Translations under genes and position numbers: made by a program
The notes under the pieces: model-generated
Told to the model about the DNA's origin: nothing
Database searches by the model: none
What the model saw: only the letters and a program-made list of their open reading frames with translations
Shown here: in pieces, positions 52,223-64,000 of the stretch
Layout: each line of letters begins with the position of its first letter
Position numbering within the stretch: position 1 is the stretch's first letter
NCBI GenBank assembly: GCA_951406725.2
Contig: OX597820.1
Coordinates: 23,436,001 to 23,500,000, forward strand
Direction: 5' to 3'
Length of the DNA stretch: 64,000 nt
Origin: Octopus vulgaris
Lineage: Eukaryota

Positions 52223-52530
52223 TGGAGGCGCAATGACCCAGTGGTTAGAGCAGCGGACTCGCAGTCGGAGGATCGCGGTTTCGATTCCCGGATCGGGCGT
52301 TGTGTGTGCTTATTGAGCGAAAATGCCTAAAGAGCTCCACGAGGCTCCGGCAGGGGATGGTGGCGACCCCTGTTGTACTCTCTCGCCCCAACCTTCTCTC
52401 GATCTTTCTTCCTGTTTCTTGAGTAACGCTGCGATGGACTGGCGTCTCGTCCAGCTGGGGAGGGGGGACACACACGCCATAGAAACCCAGAAACCGGGCC
52501 CATGAGCCTGGCTAGGCTTGAAAAGGGGGG
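52223..52530 (+). mobile_element. tRNA-derived SINE nested in another SINE
   Basis: ggaggcgcaatgacccagtgg head; aaaggatgaaa duplicated at the flanks. Confidence 0.75.
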
Positions 52531-53382
52531 AAAAAAGGATGAAAAGCAAAGTCAACTTCGGCGGAATTTGAGCTCAGAACGTAAAAAACCGGAAGAAATA
52601 GCACGAAGTATTCTACCAGGCGTGTAAACGATTTTGTCAGCTCACTGCCTGAAAGTTTTTGGTTTTTGGTACATCGCCTGAAAGCAAAGTCAATCTCCCC
52701 GGAATTTGAACTCAGAAATTCTGTCACAGCTCGCCGCCCTAAACAGCGATAATGGAACGAAATTTCTGCTTAAATAAATAATTGTTATAATGTTGAGTAC
52801 GCCCACGCGCGCGCACACACATGTTCACTTGGGTCACATATATATCGCTTACCCCATAATTCAGAGAAGCGTTATTTATTCACAATGGTGGCTCTTGTGA
52901 ATTACAGGTGCAACTCGCTTTTGTCAGCTGAGAGGACTGGAGGTGTACCGTGTAACAACGCACCGATGGATTTCGAAATCACGATCGAGAGCCGAATACC
53001 CTGACCTCTAAGCAGATTCCAGCCGACAATTGCATAATCCCCTGTTGTTACACGAACATAAACACTCAAACACAGTCACATATTGTTATGTACACATACA
53101 CACAGTTTATTCGTTTTATGCATACACACATGCATACATATATAAACACACACATATGCACAGATATCAGCAGACAAATATAGTCTTATATTGTTACACA
53201 AACGTATGCAGATAACAACTCTCTCACACACACACATTAGCAGACATTCCACACAGTCTGTGTGTTAAACATACAGATACCAACATACACACACATAGTC
53301 TCATACAGTTATGCGCACACACACAAACACGCGCACAGTCTCATACAGTTATGCGCACACACACAGTCCCATAAGGTAAGCG

Positions 53383-53423
<41 letters not shown>

Positions 53424-54664
53424 GTACTCGTACACGCATACACACAGGCATTCATGTACACACAAACACAGTCTCATACAGTTACATACACACACACAGA
53501 TACCAGCAGACAATCAGCATCATATTCTTCATTTATTTATTATTTATTGGAACGCTAAAATCTTTGTAAGCTAGTCGAGGGAAGGAGGGTGATTATAGCA
53601 GTCTTACCAAACCAATTTTACTAATATAGAAGCAAGATAGAAGATAAATAGATAGGTTTATAGCTTTAAGGTCGCCCCTACTGGAGACTGACAAAAACTT
53701 GTAACCGAAAAATGAAATATACGCTAGCCATTGAGAGAAAATAAAATTTCTTTTAGCAAGTAACTCGTACCCCTATTTCCGCCTGTCTGTTTCTTAAGTG
53801 TCCTGTTATCTGCAATATGGTCTGTTGCAATTTATGGTCAACATGTTTTATGTCACGGTCCTTTCAACAGTCCAAGTGTGTCGTTGTTATGAGTACATAC
53901 TCTTTTTGAAAGCTTTACTGGGTCGTATCAGCAAGAACATCTATTCATTCAATTGTCCACGTTTGTCTGGCACACGGCTGTCATCAAAGATACAGAAAGA
54001 AATTTACGATGTTACAACTCTGGATATTATTGTTCTAAAACTTCCAAACCTAGTGACTCAAATAGAACACAAACAAATTATTCTGAACATTATTTTTTTT
54101 ACTATATTTCGGTCCTTTACGTTCCGAGTTCAAATCTCGCCGAGGTCAGCTTTGACTTTCAAGTTTCTGGAATCGTTAAAAATTAAATACCAGTTACGTA
54201 CTGGAATTATGTTAATCAACAAACCCCTCCCCGTAAATTTCTGGCCTTGTGTTTATGTTAGAAACAATTATTAGGGATAAAGATCCTTTTCAAATCGTAT
54301 AAAACTCATAGGGCCGGTTTCTCGGTTTTTGCGGCGTATATATTCACCTCTTGGACGGGAAGCTGGTCCTTTGTAGGATTTACTCATTTTTGCCTACTGA
54401 GTGAACTAGAGCAACATGAAACGAAGTGCTTTGCTCAAGAAAACAACACATTGCTCGGCCGAGGAATCGAAACCACTATCTTACGATCATGAGTGCAACA
54501 CCTCTAACAACTAAGCCACACACCTCCACAGAAACAATTATTAGTTTTGATATATTCTGGTTCTTTGTGTTCTGAGTTCAAATCTCACCGAGGTCAACTT
54601 TACCTTTCATCCTTCCAGATTCGATAAAATGGAGTACCACTTAAGTTTTATTTTATTTATGCAC

Positions 54665-54940
54665 CCTTTTCAAGCCTAGTCAGGCTCATGGGCCTGGTTT
54701 CCCGGTTTCTGTGGCGTATGTGTTCCCCGCCAGCTGGACGGGACGCCAGTCCATCGCAGCGTTACTCAAGAAACAGGAAGAGAGAGAGTGAGAGAAAGTT
54801 GGGACGAAAGAGTACAACAGGGGTCGCCACTACTCTTGTGGAGCTTTAGGTATTTTCGCTCAATAAACACACACAACGCCCGGTCTGGGAATCGAAACCA
54901 GGATCCTCCGACCGCAAGACAACTGGGCCATTGCGCCTCC
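54665..54940 (-). mobile_element. tRNA-derived SINE
   Basis: Reverse-complement homologue of 52223-52530. Confidence 0.75.
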
Positions 54941-55295
54941 ACGTACCACTTAAGTATTGAAGTGATATTAATCGTTTAACATCACCTCCGCAAATTTCTG
55001 GCCGTGTGCTTGAAGAAGAAACATTTATTAGTTTTATTATTATATTCCAACTCTAAGGATGCAAACGAGCAGAATGCTTAGCGGCATTTCTTCCGGCTTT
55101 TTAGCTCTGAGTTCAAATTCCAGCAAAGTCATCTTTGCCTTTCAACTTTTGGGGTCGATAAAATAAAGTACGAGTTGAACAGTTGGGTCGATGTAATTGA
55201 TTTACCATTTTCCATAAAATTGCTGCCCTTGAGCCAAAATTTGAAGCCATTCAAGGTGGCAAGCTGGTAGAATTGTTAAGGTATTAATGGCTATT

Positions 55296-55497
55296 TTACT
55301 TGTTTCAGTCATTTGACTATGGCCATGCTGGTGCATCGTCTTTAATTGAAGAAATCAGCTTCAGAACTTATTCTTTGTAAACTTAGAATTTATTCTATCG
55401 GTCTCTTTTGCCGAGCCGTTAAGTTATGGGGACGTAAGCACACCAGCATCAGTTGTCAAGCGACGGTAGGGGGGGATAAACACCGACACGCACACAA

Positions 55498-55549
<52 letters not shown>

Positions 55550-55745
55550 ACACACACACACTTACACACACATATATATGTATACGACGGGCTCCTTTAA
55601 GTTTCCGTCTACCAAATCCACTTACAAAGCTTTGGTTAGCCTGAGGCTATAGTAGAAGTCATTTGCCCAAGGTGCCACACAGTGGGACTGAACCCGGAGC
55701 TGTGTAATTGGGAAACAAGCTTCTTACCATACAGCCACTCCTGCA
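55296..55745 (-). mobile_element. tRNA-derived SINE with internal (CA)n
   Basis: Reverse-complement homologue of 44190-44572. Confidence 0.8.
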
Positions 55746-56624
55746 CCTTTTTACATTCTGAGTTAAAATTCCGCCGAGCTTGACTTTGCCGTTCATGTTT
55801 TTCAGAGTCGATAAAATAATTACCAGTTGAGCATTGGAGTCGACGTAATTGACTAACACCCTCCCACTAAAATTGCTGGCCTTGTGCAAAAAATACGATT
55901 ATGACTATTAAGTGATGAACTGGCAGAACCGTTAGAACCTGTGCACTTGGTTTTATAATCTTCGATCCCGATGTGTCATATGACTCTTGCTGAATCACAT
56001 TATGGTTCTCATCTTAAAGGCAATTTACCTAAACTTCCTCATCAACTGCTATAGCCCCGGGCCGACCAATGCCTTGTGAGTGGATTTGGTAGACGGAAAC
56101 TGAAAGAAGCCTGTCGTATATATGTATATTTATATAAGTGTGTGTATATATGTTTGTGTGTCTGTGTTTGTCCCCCTAGCATTGTAAGTACTGGGCTTAC
56201 AAAGAATAAGTCCCGGGGTCGATTTGCTCGACTAAAGGCGGTGCTCCAGCATGGCCGCAGTCAAATGACTGAAACAAGTAAAAGAGTAGCTACAGACAGC
56301 TTCAGCTGGTGTTGCTGAAGCTTTTTTTTTTTAATGGTATCTTATTGACTTTATCAATAAATTCTCAATGAAGACAAAAGTACCATACTGGTTAGCACTG
56401 GCAGAAACAAAATTGATATCCATAAAACAATGTTGTTCATCTGTCAAACAACTACTCGTCAGTTGTATGCTAGAACTTTCTGAATGCAAAAAACTCATGG
56501 CCCACAATGTGTTTGCCATATCAGTGCCCTCATTCCGACATTTGGGCCACTCAATTAAGCTCAGATGATATCCAGGTTATTGATTTAAAACCCCCAAATT
56601 TTTTACCCATACTAGGAATTTCTG

Positions 56625-57075
56625 CATCAACAGAAAACAAGGCGGCTGAGACTTAATGGAAGTCTGTCGGGGTTCGACAATGACGTCAGTGCCGCCGGAG
56701 GTGGGAGCGTAACCAAAAAGCAGACACGCAGACGCGGCCACATGTTGGGCACATAACAGCAGAAGTAGGGTTGGGGTCCTCTCTTTTCGGGCTTGTCGCT
56801 TCTGATCCAGGCTCTTGAGGCGCTTTTCCTCGAACTGCCTAACACCCTTTTGGACAGCTGGATGCCAGGCGTCGCAGAAGCAAGTGATTCCCAGCCACGG
56901 GCTGAAATGTCGCAGGCTTCAAGGGAAGTCTTCAGGCTGTCCTTGTATCATCTCAGTGTCCTTCCAGGGTTTCTTGCTCCAGAAGCCAGCTCAGAGAAGA
57001 AGATCATCTTTGGTAGACGCGCGTCGTCCATTCGGACTACATGTCCGACCCACCGGGAGCTGGGTCTTCATAATG
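56625..57075 (-). mobile_element. RTE/BovB-like LINE 3' fragment
   Basis: WVGHVVRMDDARLPKMIFFSEL...YKDSLKTSL and terminal zinc-finger-like (V/C)PTCGRVC...LRSH on the minus strand. Confidence 0.75.
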
Positions 57076-57869
57076 AGGACTTAATATCCATCCAAACAGC
57101 CTTTGACTGTTGCATCATATCCCCTCAACAACATCTACTAACCACCAAACGTCAAAGTCCTCTCATGGATCAAGTTTGCATACATGAGGCTGATAACATC
57201 ATGAGAGTTGGGGCGGAGCTTCTTTGAAAGTATTCCTTAACTGATGACCTAGGATGTATACCCAGAGAATCTGCAAAACTCTACTACAACAGGCCATGAG
57301 AAGAGAGGCTGGACAAATATCAGCTAATATTCCTTGAAGACTTCAAAGTGACTGCAACAGTGGCAACCATAGTAGTCTAACTTGGATTAAACAGTGAGAT
57401 ACTAGCTCCCACTTTCAGTGTATGCTTTTGCAGATAATAGTCCCGAAATACTTGATGTACAATAGAGATAGGAATGCAGATAAACCACCTAGATGCGACA
57501 AATGATGCAGGCTTTATGGGTTCAATACTGCTGAGGTCATTTCGGTGTTGGCCTACCGTTTCGAATTACATGTTTTTCCTCGTACAAAAGCTTTGAAATG
57601 GACGAGGGTGGGTTGAAATAAAATATAAATTACGTAAAGCAATACAAAGTGATTAATACAATAAAGTCAACAAATTGCACGACACCTCGGTAAGGTGAGC
57701 CACCAGCAATGACAAGACGTCTCAAATGCCACAGGTTGTCTGATTGTTTTGGTCGCACCTGGCCAGATCTTACCGATCAACAGTCATTTTCTTCTGATTT
57801 TCAGGTAAATTTGTTTTTCTAAATTACGTTAGTGTATTCCTGCTTATTCACTTTCCTTGTCATTAAATA

Positions 57870-58475
57870 TTGATTTCAAATTTTGGCACAAGGCCAGCAG
57901 TTTTGAGGGAGAGGTAAGTCCATTACAAAGACCCCAGAGCTCAACTGGTACTTATTTTATCGACCTTAAAAGGATGAAAGGCAAAGTCGACCTCAGCCGA
58001 ATTTGAACTCAGAACGTACTAACGGGCGAAACACAGTTAAGCATTTCATTCAGTGTGCTAATGATTCTTTTTTCTTTATTGCCCACAAGGGGCTAAACAT
58101 AGAGGGGACAGACAACGGGATTAAGTCGATTATATCGACCCCAGTACGTAACTGGTACTTACTCAATCGATCCCAAAAAGGATGAAAGGCAAAGTCGACC
58201 TCGGCGGAATATTAACTCAGAACGTAGTGGCAGACGAAATACCTATTTCTTTACTACCCACAAGGGGCTAAACACAGAGGGAACAAACAAGGACAGACAA
58301 ACGGATTAAGTCAATTATATCGACCCTAGTGTGTAACTGGTACTTATTTAATCGACCCCGAAAGGATGAAAGGCAAAGTCGACCTCGGCGGAATTTGAAC
58401 TCAGAACGTAGTGACACACGAAATACCGCTAAGCATTTCGCCCGGAGTGCTAACGATTCTACCAGGTCGTCGCCT
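57870..58475 (-). mobile_element. Cluster of three nested or tandem SINE copies
   Basis: ggatgaaaggcaaagtcgacctc occurs three times (~57972, ~58180, ~58364). Confidence 0.8.
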
Positions 58476-58722
58476 CTTGCCATTAAATATTATTTGCTTT
58501 GTGACCGAGTCACCTACCGAACGTTCCATTCTTCAAGATTTGAAAGTATTGTGAAGTAAATTTTAGTCAATACCACATATCACACGTATTTTACGATGGA
58601 TGAATATAGTGTTTCACCAACACTATTTTCATGTTTTTTCTTATCTTAACCAAATATTTGAAGACACTTTTCTTCTATGGTATTTTTACCGTAAATGCAT
58701 AAAAAGGTTATTGTAAGTTGTA

Positions 58723-59999
58723 TTATCAGGTCATTAAGAATGAAATGACCGATTTTTTTTATGCATCAAGTTTGACAGTCATTAACTCTAATGTTTTATC
58801 GTTTTATCCTGACAATTCTTTGTTCTACAACATTGAAGAGTTAAATCATCACTTTTCGAAATGCAATTCATGGTGTCTGATTATATTGTGAGTTTTCTCT
58901 TGTAAATAAATTTTTGTGAACCCATGGATAGATAAAAAATTTATGTTGTTTATAAATGAGTTCCGTCGTGGAATCAATGCATCCCAGACAACTCGAAACA
59001 TCAGTGGGGTGTTTGGTGAAAATGTGGCGAATGAGCGCACTGTACGTCAATGGCTTGAGAAGGGTCTGGTAACTTTACTCTTGAAAATCAGCCCCATGGT
59101 AGACCTGTGACCAAGGTGGATAATGATGGGCTAGAAACTACAGTGGAAGTGGATACATCTCAAACTAGCAGCAAGGTTTGATGTTTCGATTCCAATTATA
59201 TTGAACCATCTGAAACAAATCGGCAAGGTAAAGAAGCTGAACAAGTGAGTACCACACGAACTGAACGAGCATCAAATAAGACATCATCTTGAAATTTGCT
59301 GTTCTTTGCTGTCACGGCATAAAAGCGAACCATTTTTGCATGATATTGTTACGTGTGATGAAAAGGATTCTTTTCAACAATAGCAATCATTTTGCATGGT
59401 GGTTGGATAGAGACAAAGTGCCAAAACACAATCCAATAAAGAATATTCACCAAAGAAAGTTAATGGTGTCTGTTTGGTGGTCCAGCACTGGTGTCATCCA
59501 CTACAGCTTCATGAGACCTGGTAAGTCAATTACAGTGGAGGTATTATACATCAACCGATTGGATGAAATGATGAGTGAACTTGCAATTAAATAACCGAGA
59601 TTGGTGAATAGAGACAGGCTAATTCTCTTGCAAGACAATATTCAACCACATGTTGCACAAAGAACACTACTCAAGTTCTTAAGGAACTGAACTTGGAAGT
59701 ACTCTGTCATCCATCATATTTACCAGACCTTGCACCAACTGATTATCACGTTTTCCAGGCATTAGACAACATTTTGCAAGGAAGAAACTTCAAATCTGAA
59801 GAAGATGCCAAAACAGCCTTTCGTGATTTCATCACCGCTTGCTCTCCAGAATTCTTCGCTGCCGGCATAAATAAGCTACCGATAAAATGGCAAAATTGAG
59901 TTGATAATTTAGGTACATACTTTGATTAACTGCATTGCTTTTTGTTGAGATAAAGTAAAATAAACTTTCAGTTCAAAATCGTACATTTCATTCTGATAA
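58723..59999 (+). mobile_element. mariner (DD34D, Hsmar1/cecropia-like) transposon, pseudogenised
   Basis: ASQTTRNISGVFGENVANERTVRQW, *VPHEL, IVTCDEK, KLMVSVWW, HPSYLPDLAPTDYHVF; degenerate TIRs ttatcag...gaatgaaatg. Confidence 0.85.
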
Positions 60000-60125
60000 T
60001 AATATTTAAGACGGTTTTTAATAATTCTTTTTTTATCAGAGCGTACTTATTTTTCAAACAAAAAACCTTTTATACATCTATTACTTATCTTCAGATAAAG
60101 CGAAAAGTGATTTATCTGGTAGTTC

Positions 60126-60127
<2 letters not shown>

Positions 60128-60188
<61 letters not shown>

Positions 60189-60190
60189 GG
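60128..60190. repeat. (TA)n-(GA)n microsatellite
   Basis: Direct reading of the sequence. Confidence 0.95.
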
Positions 60191-60239
60191 AGGTATATTA
60201 TTAAAAATTAAAGAAGCAGCACTACTGAAATATATCAGT

Positions 60240-63123
60240 CGTATGGAAACTACTGCTCCTGAAGCTGGAGAATTTTACTAATCCAATTCCATAGAATTTT
60301 AGACTTTTGGTGATTCGTCAACTTCATTTTCAAATGCAAGTGATGAAGAACATTAGTAAGAAAATATTCCAGAAAGTGCTATTGATAGAGTAGGCACAGA
60401 TGTTGGCTTTTAGCCAAGCAAGATTAGCAATGATACCAGGTGCAAATGTGGTTCAAAATCTAGATTTCGATTTTGGTAAAGTAATTTGTCAACGAGTGTC
60501 AACCAAACAAATTAGAAAAATAACACTTGACTGTTACTTTTAAAGTCCTCCAAATGGCGAAAGAATGTTGTGATTATGGATGGTGTACTCCCAGTACAAA
60601 AAAGCGCTTTACTGCTTTTTGTCGCGAATTGTTTTCAGACAGAAGTAACTCAAAATTTAATTATGAGGAGGTATCAACATTTAGTGGGTACTGAATCTTA
60701 GAATATTTGGGCATGAATCTAGTGCAGCTCATATTCGGAATTTCATACAATAGAAAGAGTTGGATGTTAGGATTGTTCGAACAACAACAATTCATACAAA
60801 AACAAAAAAGCAAGAAGTTGGTGAAAACCAAGTGAAAAAGTGGAAGGAAATCCATTCAAGAGTGCTTAATATTATTAGATTATTAGCTAAATAGAATTTT
60901 GTTTTACGAAGTGACTGAAAAAGAACAGACCAGGTGTTAGCAATCTTTGTTGACTCATTTGTTGATTTCACTGAGACAAAAGGTAAAACTGCCAAGAATA
61001 TTTCAGCAATGATTTTGGAGAAATTAGGGAAAGAAGGAATTGATCTTCAAAATTGTAGAGGGGAATCATATGCTAATGCTGTGGCATTCAGAAACGTATC
61101 GAGGATATTAACCAACAGGCAGAATTTGATGCGTGTACAAATCATTCGTTGAATTTTGGCATGTGTTCATGCAGCTTATTTTGCTGTAAATTTAGTTGCG
61201 TTTTTGGATGCGTGGAACGTTTTTTTTCTTCATAAACTCATCGTTAAGATGTTCTAACTCCGATCACTGCTCAACGTACGAAGCGCATAATAAGAGACTC
61301 GTTAGAACGTGAGGGGAAAAGCTGCAAGTTTTGCAAATAAACTTTTCTCAAAAATCTCAGGTGAGTTAGAAAAGTTAACTGTTGAAGAAGAAAATACAGC
61401 CATCTGGGCAGATGATGGTGTTCTGTTTGTTGTGTTGCAACTATTTTCCTTTTTGTGCATTCTTGGCTTGTGGTGACTCATCCTTCAAGAAATTAACGAC
61501 ATACAGATTTCCCTCCAAACCAAAGAATTGAGCATACAACAATGTAAAATAGAGCTAATTGTATTAGAGACATTTCTTATTTCTTTATTGCCCACAAGGG
61601 GCCAAACATAGAGGGGACAAACAAGGACAGACAAAAGGGTTAAGTCGATTACATCGACCCCAGTACGTAACTGGTTCTTAATTTATCGACCCCGAAAGGA
61701 TGAAAGACAAAGTCGACCTCGGCGGAATTTGAACTCAGAACGCAACGGCAGACGAAATACTGCTAGCTCGGCGTGCTAACGTTTCTGCCAGCTCACCGCC
61801 TTCATTGTATTAGAGACATTTCTAATTGCACACAAGATAAGCTAGTGAGTAATGGAGTTAACTATGCTGAAGAAAATCGCATTTCTCTTGGTATAGTCAT
61901 GGGGCCTCAGCGTCACCCAAAACAAAGAAACAAATGCTTGATGAGGATCACAAGATGTTGAATTGTCGTTGAATTGAGGGAAGAAATACTTTCTTCACTG
62001 GATAGAGTGATCCAAGAAATAACTTTGAGACTTCAACAGTTTCATGAATTTGCTGAGAAATATGCTTTCCTTAACCCCAATCGTGATGACATCAATAAAG
62101 AAAGTTCCACATTGGGGAGAAAAATATTCGGCATTTTCTTGCTGTTAAAGATGGGAAACATGAAAAGAAGGTTCCCTTGAATTTTTTCAGTTTATTCAAA
62201 AGCATAACCTTAGGAACTAGCTTCTAAATATGGTAATAATGCTGCGGATTTTCCTCACAATTACCATTAGTGTTGCTATGTGTAAGAGTTTTCCTAAATT
62301 AAAATTGAATTACTTCAAATCTACAACGAGTACCTTGCGGTTAAGAAATCTTACCAAGCTGTCTATAGAACAACAATTGACGGGTGAAATAGCTTCTGAC
62401 AAAGTCTTCGCCAACAAAAAGACAAGAAAAACTTTTATAAATGGTCCCGATTTCTTAAACGTTTTCCCTGTATATCGTTTTTGCTTTTTATTAAACTGTT
62501 ACTTTTAAAGTTTAAATATGTTTAGTGTGTATTTAAAGTATATTATATTTGATTATATAAAATTCATATTTAATTTGAAATATTAACTTTGTAGTTTGCT
62601 TTAAAAAGCTAGTTCACGGATATGGGCTCTCAGATTTTACAGCGATAAATTGATCGTTTTGCTGAAGGTATATCTGAAAATTCATGAATATTTGTAGATT
62701 TTATATATAAACAAGGAGAATGGGGTGAGCAACAAGTTTTCTTGCATAATACTACAATTGTTTCTTCGACACTTTATCAAACGAATTATTGCTGGAATAT
62801 TATTACATGATATACAGAAATAATACATCGTGTGAGTATTATTTCGCTAACACAGGTAAGTGTCAACTCTTTACGTATATATATAAAACAGTTTGCTGAA
62901 CTAACCCTTATTTCATTGAATATATACCTCTCGTTGATAATACAATTTCATTATAATGCCATAGTTAAAATTTAAAAAAAAACATATATCATAAACCACA
63001 AATTATATTCACATAACTTTAAGAGGAAAGCGTTGTGCATTATGTTTTACTTTTTGTGGGACCCGAGGGTGGAAACAAATTCAAGGGCCTCTCCAGGCAG
63101 CACACACTCCAGCTATGCCACTG
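60240..63123 (+). mobile_element. Degenerate hAT (Tip100/ZMYM1-like) transposon
   Basis: FVDFTETKGKTAKNISAMILEKLGKEGIDLQNCRGESY; C-terminal LRIFLTITISVA...SFPKLKL...LSIE; TIR-like end ccagctatgccactg at 63109-63123. Confidence 0.7.
61578..61803 (-). mobile_element. Young tRNA-derived SINE with 20-bp TSD
   Basis: TSD attgtattagagacatttct at 61558-61577 and 61804-61823. Confidence 0.88.
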
Positions 63124-63425
63124 ACGTCACCTACCTCATAAGTAACTCCCCGAACATATCCTCACGGAATTATGTACCAATGAGACATGGTGTTGTGGCT
63201 AGAACACTATACACAGAAATTCGTCTAAAGATTAACCCTGATGAGACACGCATCAGAAACCTCAGAGACATAGCGGGCATAATCATACACAGCTCAGAAA
63301 AATGCCGGTGGAATGTTTTAGTCAAAAACTTCAATAAAATGCAAGCACGGCAGACCAGACATTATGGTATGGGATAGAGAAAAGACACTATGCACAGTAG
63401 TTGAAATTAATTGTCCAGCATATGC
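63124..63425 (+). mobile_element. Fragment of an RLE-type non-LTR retrotransposon (R4/Dong/NeSL-like)
   Basis: YLISNSPNISSRNYVPMRHGVVARTLY (decayed zinc knuckle and RH motif) and RPDIMVWDREKTLCTVVEINCP (PD-(D/E) nuclease-like). Confidence 0.6.
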
Positions 63426-63459
63426 CAATGCAATCTTTTTATCTGTTATGTTTTGCTTT

Positions 63460-63832
63460 TTTCAGTCATTAGACTGTGGCTGTGCTGGGGCACTGCTTTG
63501 AAGATTCTGTAGTCAAAGGAATCAACCCCAGTACTATTTTTTAAAGTCTGATACTTATCTTATTGGCCTTTTTAGCCGAACCGCTAAGTTACGAGTACGT
63601 AAACACACTAACACCGGTTGTCAAGTGATGGTAGGGGACGGACACAAAGATACATATACATACATATATACGACAAGCTTCTTTCAGTTTCCATCTCCCA
63701 AATCCACTCACAAGGCTTTGGTCGACCCAAGGCTATAATAAAAGACACTTGCCTTGCCCAAGGTGTCACGCAGTGGGACTGAACCTGGAACCATGTAGTT
63801 GGGAAGCAAGCTTCTTACATACAGCCACGCCT
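63460..63832 (-). mobile_element. tRNA-derived SINE
   Basis: Reverse-complement homologue of 44190-44572. Confidence 0.75.
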
Positions 63833-64000
63833 GTTAATTGTTTTTTAGTAAAACAGAACATTTATATCGAACTAATGAGAAATCTGCAGGTACTCTATTC
63901 GGGCTATAATTTCTGGTTTCTACTAATAATTATTGGAGTACTTGGTTACGTGACTAACTGCTTCAGTGCATATCTTGAGAGCTGGGGTTTACAGAACCCG

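Noticed and set aside
63238-63275. CTGATGA...GAAAC hammerhead-like string
   Set aside because: No GUH triplet or stem I; it lies within a decayed RLE-LINE coding fragment.

Overview
AT-rich, repeat-dominated eukaryotic DNA. The SINE/LINE families and very long (TA/CA)n fields suggest an octopod cephalopod (inference). One host gene is well supported: a 244-codon coding exon (25367-26098, minus strand) of an A1CF/RBM47/RBM46-family RRM protein. Its following intron appears to run off the left edge and contains a ~20 kb microsatellite field with RTE and CR1-type LINEs. A possible terminal exon of another minus-strand gene lies at ~34.8-35.0 kb. The right half is mostly decayed transposons: maT and mariner Tc1/mariner elements, a complete Chapaev3-type element, two hAT-like remnants, MITEs with clear target-site duplications (TSDs), LINE fragments and many tRNA-derived SINEs. 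The most striking unexplained structure is a set of sequence-unrelated fold-back elements in (TA)n tracts (1242-1399, 10984-11088, 21544-22037, 32187-32687). Three carry minimal type I hammerhead ribozyme motifs with palindromic stem III, as in Penelope-like element pseudo-LTRs and retrozymes. A near-full-length CR1-type LINE has an unusual ORF1 with Myb/SANT-trihelix-like and CCCH-like motifs. All calls are by eye; no searches were run.
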